This document shows, one piece after another, positions 57,811-64,000 of a stretch of DNA of 64,000 bases. The position numbers and the translations under genes were made by a program. This stretch comes from a virus (taxonomy: Duplodnaviria; Caudoviricetes), in IMG/VR virus record IMGVR_UViG_3300029305_004474, positions 36,752-100,751 of that record; one strand, written 5' to 3'. Position 1 is the first letter of the stretch; the number at the start of each line of letters is the position of its first letter. The notes beneath the pieces are model-generated. The model worked only from the letters and a program-made list of their open reading frames with translations, did no database searches and was not told the DNA's origin.

Positions 57811-60800
57811 TTGAGAAAAGTTAAAATTATTCATTGTCCTTTTTGTAATCGTAACTTTAAAGGAAGTACTAATTGGTGTAGGCATGCTACTTTAAAACAT
57901 CTAGATCAGCTTCCCGAAGGTTATACTCCTATGAGATATGCATATGGATTGGTTACTCATAAATATAAAGGTAAATGTATGTATTGTGATAAAGAAACAG
58001 AATGGAACGAAGCAAGTGGCAAATACGCACGTTTATGTGGTTCGAAAGAGTGTAGGGAAGAATATGCTAGAAAACATCAGCTTCTTTCTCCAGAAAAACA
58101 AAGAGAAATGTTATCCAAGAGAGGTATAACTAAAGTGTATAATTACGATGGAGTGGAAATGCTTTATACGGGAACGTATGAATTAGATTTTCTAAAATTT
58201 ATGCACGATGTTATGCAATGGCCTGCGAATGATATAATGTCACCATCTCCGAATACATACTACTATGATTATATAAATCCAAATGATGAAAAGAATGAAG
58301 GAAAGAAATTTTATTTTCCTGATTTTTATATTCCTTCTTTAAATTTAGAGATCGAAATAAAGGATCAAACTACTACACATGATAAAATGCTTCGAATTGA
58401 TAAGGTTAAAGAAGAATGCAAAGATAAAAGAATGGAAGAATTGGTAAAATATAACAAGATTTTTTATTTCAAAGTAAATGATAAGAAATATCAGCCATTT
58501 ATCAATTTTTTAGATGAAATGAAAGATACTTTCTCTGATAGAGAATTAAATGTCAGATTAAGTACCTATCATATGAGAGCAACTGAGTCTATTGAAATAA
58601 ATGAAACTATTGATGCAATTACTAGAGAATTGGAATATGAAGAGGAAGCTTCGTATTGGATGAATGATACTCATCTTACACTTATTCATTATTGTGAGTC
58701 TTTAGGTGAATTAGAAGATCTTAAAGAAGAATGGGAAGAAATGAGTATTAGTGATAAAGCTATTTCGGATACACAATGTAAGAATATGTATGGGATGGAT
58801 AATATGGAACATTATTTCTATCTTAAGAATCTTCTTAGCGATAACACAACATTCTTACCACACGTATTTGAAGCCGGAGAAGGTGCTGCTGAATCATTTA
58901 ATTCTGGTAATAGTTTTTCATATAATTTTGGTCAGACATTCTCACCTAGAAAACCTATTGTAGAAGTGGACGATGAGAGAATTCATATTAGAAACATCTT
59001 CGTTCACGGTTTATTTGCAAGAATTTATAAGCATTATAGTTCGAAATCTATTAGAAATATTTTCGCTATCGAATATGATCCAAAGTCATTAGAGAAGTAT
59101 CATAATAGAAGAATTAGTAAAGCAGATCTTAAGATTAAAGAACTAACTTCTCCTATTTTTTTCGCTATGGAACTACATGAAATCTTTAGTGATTTGGGCG
59201 AAGTATATAAAGACTCTTCATACTTAGACATTGCAGCTAAGATTAATGAAAAGACTTGGGTTGGAAGAAAAGTAGATGTTAGCAATGTTGGTTCTATGGA
59301 TATGAATAGATTAAAGAATCTTAGTTTAACTTTACTACCACATCAGAAAGAATTCATCACAAATTATCCAACTTATAAAGCATCCTTACAGCTTAATGGA
59401 TGCATACTTGCATTTGATCAAGGTTTAGGTAAGACTCTTACTGCTATTGCATTAGCAGAATGTGGTGCATATGATCATGTGTATATTGTATGTCCTAATG
59501 CACTTACATCAAACTGGGCATCCGAGATTAGGAAGTATTATTTGAAATATGATAAAGAGAAAACTTTCGACGCAGAAGTTATTCAATGTAAGTCTAAGCA
59601 AGATGGTAAGAAAGGTAAATTCTTTATTGTAAATAATGAATCTATTAAATTAATGGAGCCTTATATTAAACCTGGCAGAAATATTCTCATTGTGGATGAA
59701 TGTCATAATTTCAGAAATATAGATAGAAAAGGATCTCAGGATTTAGTTAGAATTCATGAAAAGATTAAACCTGAAGATACAGTTATGCTATCTGGTACTC
59801 CTATTAAAGCAGCACCATCCGAAATTACTCCAGCTTTAAGACTCATCGACCCATTAATGACAGACGAAGCAGCTTCTATGTATAGTAAAGCATTTAAGTT
59901 GAATAATACAGATGCATCTGATATTGTCAATAGGAGATTAGGTAAAGTAATTTATAGAAAGGATAAATCTATTCTTACCGGTTTACCTAAGAAGAATATT
60001 GAAGAAGTATTCTTAGATATTCAAGACCCAGTTAGATTTACAGTAACAAACTTAAAGAAGGATGTACTTAACCTTTATAGAGATATTTATGCAACGATGG
60101 TTAAAGAAAATGAATCTCTTTATAATGAAATGAAGTATTATGTCCAGAAATATGGTCAGAATGAATTAGGATACGAGCAATATATGAAGTGGCTTACTAC
60201 AGTCAATGCTTCAAATAATCTATATTTCCACGACTACGATATGGAATTAATTAGATCATTCTTGTCTAGAGCAGTATATCCTAAAGTGACTGATCCAGAA
60301 GAATCTAAGAAAATCAGATGGTTAGAAAGTAAGTTTATTAATATGATTGATTCTGCTAAAGGTAAAGCAATAGGTCAGGTATTGCCTCCTGCTAGAAGAG
60401 ATTTGTTTATTGCTTTATTTGAAGAAAATATTGATAGATTTATTAATGATATTATTAACTGTGAAAAGAAGACAATTATCTTTTCTCAATACAAGCCAGT
60501 AGTATATCATATTTCTAAGAAACTCAAAGAGAGTGGAATTGAAAATGTATGTATTACAGGTGATAATCCTAGAGAAAGAGATGAATTGATAACTTCATTT
60601 AAGGAAGTAGATACTGTTAGATGTTTAGTAGCTACATCCGATACAATGGGTACAGGATTTACATTAATTGAGGCATCTCAGATGTTCTTCTTCGGTGTAC
60701 CTTGGAGAGATTCAGATTTCAATCAATGCTGTGACCGTATTTATCGTATTGGACAGAATGTAGATGTCAATATTACTATTGTATCATTGAATACTGGTAG

Positions 60801-63522
60801 TGAGCTTAATCTTTCTACTAGAATGAGTGGTATTATGAATTGGAGTAGAGATATGTTTGATTCAGTCATCTCTAATACAGAATTAGAGAATATGGAAGGA
60901 TTCTTAACTGGATTAGAATCTATGGAGAAAGTATTTAATGATTCATACGAAATTGCTACTGAATCAATGAGTTCTATGGATGATACTCTAATGGCTTGTA
61001 CACCTAATCATTCTATTTCTGAAGTAGACTATATTGCTTCTATGAAGGATAAAACCAACGATGAAGTTTATGAATATATTAAGAGCATCTCATGTGCTAA
61101 TATTAAATGTAATATTCGTATGGTAACTGTTCTTAGTGGACAATACTGTACTACTGAAAAGAAGGTTCATATTTTCTATATTCCTACTTATACTCTTCCT
61201 TTATATTATGATAATGGATTATTTACAGCTAAATCGGTTAAAGATATCTTAAACGCTATTGCTGATGACATTTATGAAAAGACTTCAGATAAAGGAAAAA
61301 CTGCAACTATTGCTATTTATAGTAATAACTATCCAGATCAAGGCGAGAAAAAATACGTGAAGTCAAATTCTAAATTACAGCCTATCATGTCAATGGACGA
61401 TTTAGTATATTTTACTGAAAGAATGGCAGAATTACCTACTGAAGAAGTGGATGAATTAGAAGGAATTGCACACCTTCCTAATCCTAAAGGTAAAGAGTTT
61501 AAGCATATGATTAATGGTATTTATGAATTACCACTTAGGATTAACGAATACTCAGATTATTGCATACCTCATATTCTTAATAATATTTATGAAGAAGCAA
61601 ATGAAATATATAAAATTAGATTAAGTAGATTTACAGATGATTTAGCTATGTTATTCCAAAGAACTGAAACAATGTTTGCAAATCAAAGAGATTTAGATGA
61701 GCGTAAGAGACTATTTTTAGAAGATTTGGTTCATATCTATCACGGTATAGATTTAATGGAAACAGTTGAACATGGAAAAGAAGTTAGAAAATTAACAGAT
61801 CTTTTCTTAGACAATCACATTCTTCCTCATCTTAAATCAACTTATGGCAATCAAGTAAAATCACTTGTATCGACATTAAAGAAATTAAAGAGCGAGTGTT
61901 ATTTGAATGCTTTCACAAATATGTTTAATGGGCATAGATCTCAAATGTATTCAAATATAATCGTAGAAAATTCTGATTTTTTTATTAGTTTTATTAAGAA
62001 TACACCTGGTAAGATTTTATTTGTAAGTCCTTATGCTGGTCCTTGTTGTGATTTGTTTTATCTTCTTAAAAGATCGGAATTGATTGATTGGGGTAGTATT
62101 GATGATAGGGAACATCATGTATGTATAGTTACCGAAAAAGAGTTATTGGAATCTAAAGAACCATTTGAAGTAGATTCATGTTTTGTATTAGGTATCACGC
62201 CAGATGAAAATAATGAATATGGGATGCCATATAAGAATCATTTGAAAGCTAATAAGATATTTATAGTGACTCTTTATACTGGTGATAAAGTTAATATGTC
62301 TTCAAATGTATTGCAGGCTATTAAGGAAACAGAAGAGGTATTGCCATTTATTGACGAATATGATATTAATTCTCTTATTGGTTATGAATCTTTTAGTTCA
62401 TATGTAGATTACGATCAAGAAGCACTAGAATCAATGTTTTTTAATAAAAGTGTGGCAATAAAACTTAACGAACTCCATTATCGTAAAGACGAGAATATTC
62501 TTTTTATCCTTACGGATAGAGAAGATTTCTGTAAGAAGCAACCTATTATCGATGGATTTGAAAGAGTTGAATTTATTAATCTTGATAATGTGCTTATAGG
62601 TGTGAATAACGAGAAAATAATATCTGACATCGTTAAAGATTATCCTGAATATATGACTATGGCTAAAGGATTCTTCAATCATCTTTATAAAAATATGCAA
62701 AGACCTAAAGCAAAACAAAGACCGTTTGGAGAGGACCATTTAACTCATAGAGAAAAAGTTTTAGATTCTATTTATAATATCGCATTAAAGAATTATTCGA
62801 CTATTTATGTAATCTATGGATTGTCTATAGTTAAGTACTATTCACAGGTAATTGTAAATAGACCATTTATTATTGATGATTTTGCATATATTAGTTTTGG
62901 TATAAGCAAGTATAGTGGAAATAATGGCATTGTTTCTAAACTATTTATGAGAGACTATGAAAGAGAAGATACCACTAAGATCTTGGTTAAAAATACTAAA
63001 TCTATCAATCCTTTAAATGTAAAGAAAGCTAGGGGTGATAGAAAAGATCCTCTATTCTATCATATTTCTAACGACTCCGAACTTGAATGTTTGGTGCCTA
63101 GAGTACCAAACTCTATGTTATTTGGTGAGAATTTAATAGTTCCTAGATCTTGTGTAAGTACATATGTAGGTGGTTGTATATATGCAGTTCCACAAAGTGT
63201 AGTTGATAAGGGTAAGGTAGTATATGTATATAATCCTAGATTAATTAAGGGAATTAGATACTATAAACCGTCTAGTGTTGAAGTACCAGATCAAGAAGAA
63301 AGTGATGAATGGTGGATTCTTGATGATGTATTGTTGGATTATGCCTATGGTATAGTATTTACAGATATTGTGAAAGATAATAAAGATCGAGTAACAAGAA
63401 TTGATGGTATAAAAATTAGTGATAAATCTTTACTAGATAAGGTAAAGGAAAAAGGTTTAAAAGTACTAGAAGAATCAGATATAAAATATGAAAGTGAAGT
63501 TATAGTACAATATGAATATTAA
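57811..63522 (+). CDS. Multidomain protein (1903 aa): Zn-finger + PD-(D/E)xK nuclease, SNF2-family helicase, degenerate helicase C-lobe, C-terminal putative ADP-ribosyltransferase-like domain
   Basis: CPFC..H...H, CMYC; YFPDFYIPSLNLEIEIKD; FDQGLGKT, IVDECH, LSGTP, IIFSQY, GTGFTL, QCCDRIYRIGQ; FYHIS..LVPRVP..PRSCVS..VPD....EWW; TTG start with AAAGGAG RBS; GACA-N6-TA at 57773-57784. Confidence 0.85.
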   Translation: MRKVKIIHCPFCNRNFKGSTNWCRHATLKHLDQLPEGYTPMRYAYGLVTHKYKGKCMYCDKETEWNEASGKYARLCGSKECREEYARKHQLLSPEKQREMLSKRGITKVYNYDGVEMLYTGTYELDFLKFMHDVMQWPANDIMSPSPNTYYYDYINPNDEKNEGKKFYFPDFYIPSLNLEIEIKDQTTTHDKMLRIDKVKEECKDKRMEELVKYNKIFYFKVNDKKYQPFINFLDEMKDTFSDRELNVRLSTYHMRATESIEINETIDAITRELEYEEEASYWMNDTHLTLIHYCESLGELEDLKEEWEEMSISDKAISDTQCKNMYGMDNMEHYFYLKNLLSDNTTFLPHVFEAGEGAAESFNSGNSFSYNFGQTFSPRKPIVEVDDERIHIRNIFVHGLFARIYKHYSSKSIRNIFAIEYDPKSLEKYHNRRISKADLKIKELTSPIFFAMELHEIFSDLGEVYKDSSYLDIAAKINEKTWVGRKVDVSNVGSMDMNRLKNLSLTLLPHQKEFITNYPTYKASLQLNGCILAFDQGLGKTLTAIALAECGAYDHVYIVCPNALTSNWASEIRKYYLKYDKEKTFDAEVIQCKSKQDGKKGKFFIVNNESIKLMEPYIKPGRNILIVDECHNFRNIDRKGSQDLVRIHEKIKPEDTVMLSGTPIKAAPSEITPALRLIDPLMTDEAASMYSKAFKLNNTDASDIVNRRLGKVIYRKDKSILTGLPKKNIEEVFLDIQDPVRFTVTNLKKDVLNLYRDIYATMVKENESLYNEMKYYVQKYGQNELGYEQYMKWLTTVNASNNLYFHDYDMELIRSFLSRAVYPKVTDPEESKKIRWLESKFINMIDSAKGKAIGQVLPPARRDLFIALFEENIDRFINDIINCEKKTIIFSQYKPVVYHISKKLKESGIENVCITGDNPRERDELITSFKEVDTVRCLVATSDTMGTGFTLIEASQMFFFGVPWRDSDFNQCCDRIYRIGQNVDVNITIVSLNTGSELNLSTRMSGIMNWSRDMFDSVISNTELENMEGFLTGLESMEKVFNDSYEIATESMSSMDDTLMACTPNHSISEVDYIASMKDKTNDEVYEYIKSISCANIKCNIRMVTVLSGQYCTTEKKVHIFYIPTYTLPLYYDNGLFTAKSVKDILNAIADDIYEKTSDKGKTATIAIYSNNYPDQGEKKYVKSNSKLQPIMSMDDLVYFTERMAELPTEEVDELEGIAHLPNPKGKEFKHMINGIYELPLRINEYSDYCIPHILNNIYEEANEIYKIRLSRFTDDLAMLFQRTETMFANQRDLDERKRLFLEDLVHIYHGIDLMETVEHGKEVRKLTDLFLDNHILPHLKSTYGNQVKSLVSTLKKLKSECYLNAFTNMFNGHRSQMYSNIIVENSDFFISFIKNTPGKILFVSPYAGPCCDLFYLLKRSELIDWGSIDDREHHVCIVTEKELLESKEPFEVDSCFVLGITPDENNEYGMPYKNHLKANKIFIVTLYTGDKVNMSSNVLQAIKETEEVLPFIDEYDINSLIGYESFSSYVDYDQEALESMFFNKSVAIKLNELHYRKDENILFILTDREDFCKKQPIIDGFERVEFINLDNVLIGVNNEKIISDIVKDYPEYMTMAKGFFNHLYKNMQRPKAKQRPFGEDHLTHREKVLDSIYNIALKNYSTIYVIYGLSIVKYYSQVIVNRPFIIDDFAYISFGISKYSGNNGIVSKLFMRDYEREDTTKILVKNTKSINPLNVKKARGDRKDPLFYHISNDSELECLVPRVPNSMLFGENLIVPRSCVSTYVGGCIYAVPQSVVDKGKVVYVYNPRLIKGIRYYKPSSVEVPDQEESDEWWILDDVLLDYAYGIVFTDIVKDNKDRVTRIDGIKISDKSLLDKVKEKGLKVLEESDIKYESEVIVQYEY

Positions 63523-63528
63523 CGAGTT

Positions 63529-63564
63529 TAAAGACGGTATAGATTATTCTATACCGTCTTTTTT
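63529..63564 (+). terminator. Intrinsic terminator
   Basis: AAAGACGGTATAGA ttat TCTATACCGTCTTTTTT. Confidence 0.8.
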
Positions 63565-63641
63565 ATCTTATAGATATAATCTGACAAAGGTAAAGAGTCA
63601 GACATATTGTTAATCTTATAACTATATAAAGAGAGGAGAGG

Positions 63642-64000
63642 ATGAACCAAATGATCAAATCGTTTTTAATGAGCTCTGCGGGAAAAAAAGATCCAAGATT
63701 TACTGATCTATATGTATTTCATGGTAAATCTGCTTATCAATCTGCTGTAGAGCAAGGATATAAAGATACCGAAGAAGAATGGATTTATACATTAAGAGAA
63801 TTAAGATTTGGTACAATGGACACATTCGAGCATACCTATAACTACCTTCTCTACATAGATACTGAGAAAAATTCTATTTACAGATATGATTCAGTTAATA
63901 ATAAATATCAAAGAATTGGTGTTGATTTAGGTGAAACTGAAATTACAGCATATCGTGGAGATAGAGGAAAGATAGCATATGATCATGCTATAAGTGATCA
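63642..64000 (+). CDS. Tail-fibre-like protein, 5' part (runs off window)
   Basis: GKSAYQSAVEQGYKDTEEEW and LGETEITAYRGDRGKIAYDHA motifs typical of phage tail-fibre proteins; GAGGAG RBS; GACA tattgt TA at 63601-63612. Confidence 0.7.
   Translation, partial: MNQMIKSFLMSSAGKKDPRFTDLYVFHGKSAYQSAVEQGYKDTEEEWIYTLRELRFGTMDTFEHTYNYLLYIDTEKNSIYRYDSVNNKYQRIGVDLGETEITAYRGDRGKIAYDHAISD

Noticed and set aside
1-64000. Phage-nucleus (chimallin) or tubulin genes; alternative genetic code
   Set aside because: No recognisable motif in this window (they may lie elsewhere); long ORFs are intact under code 11 with all three stops used

Overview
Very AT-rich, gene-dense segment of a phiKZ/AR9(PBS1)-related jumbo phage. 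Strong AAGGAG/GGAGG Shine-Dalgarno sites and the holin, RNase H and DUF2829 types suggest a Firmicutes host. It encodes two pieces of a split multisubunit RNA polymerase: a 1441-aa beta N-terminal/central subunit, and a beta' C-terminal piece interrupted in its bridge helix by a 1100-nt group I intron carrying an HNH endonuclease. Other genes include a >2258-aa tape-measure-like protein with a C39-like peptidase domain (runs off the left edge), baseplate-like structural proteins, holin-like proteins, a divergent HU-like protein, dTMP kinase plus an inactive paralog, RNase HI, two HD phosphohydrolases, a kinase-like protein, a tandem DUF2829/Tad2-like protein, and a 1903-aa nuclease-SNF2 helicase multidomain protein. 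Two promoter-like motifs are visible: (A/G)AC(A/G/T)-N6-TA (AR9 late-type) and TATAT(T/C)AT (early-type). The most unusual observations are: (i) giant ORFs built as apparent polyproteins with modules separated by A-x-E prohead-protease sites; (ii) ORF-less promoter-to-terminator units that share a hairpin + CTCCT + GGTAAAT layout (candidate phage sRNA family); (iii) a 1.9-kb non-coding block with dense hairpins, 11 CTATAT repeats and a G-quadruplex-like tract; (iv) several apparently catalytically dead enzyme copies. No tRNA, rRNA or CRISPR array was seen. All product calls come from motif recognition by eye, not database searches.
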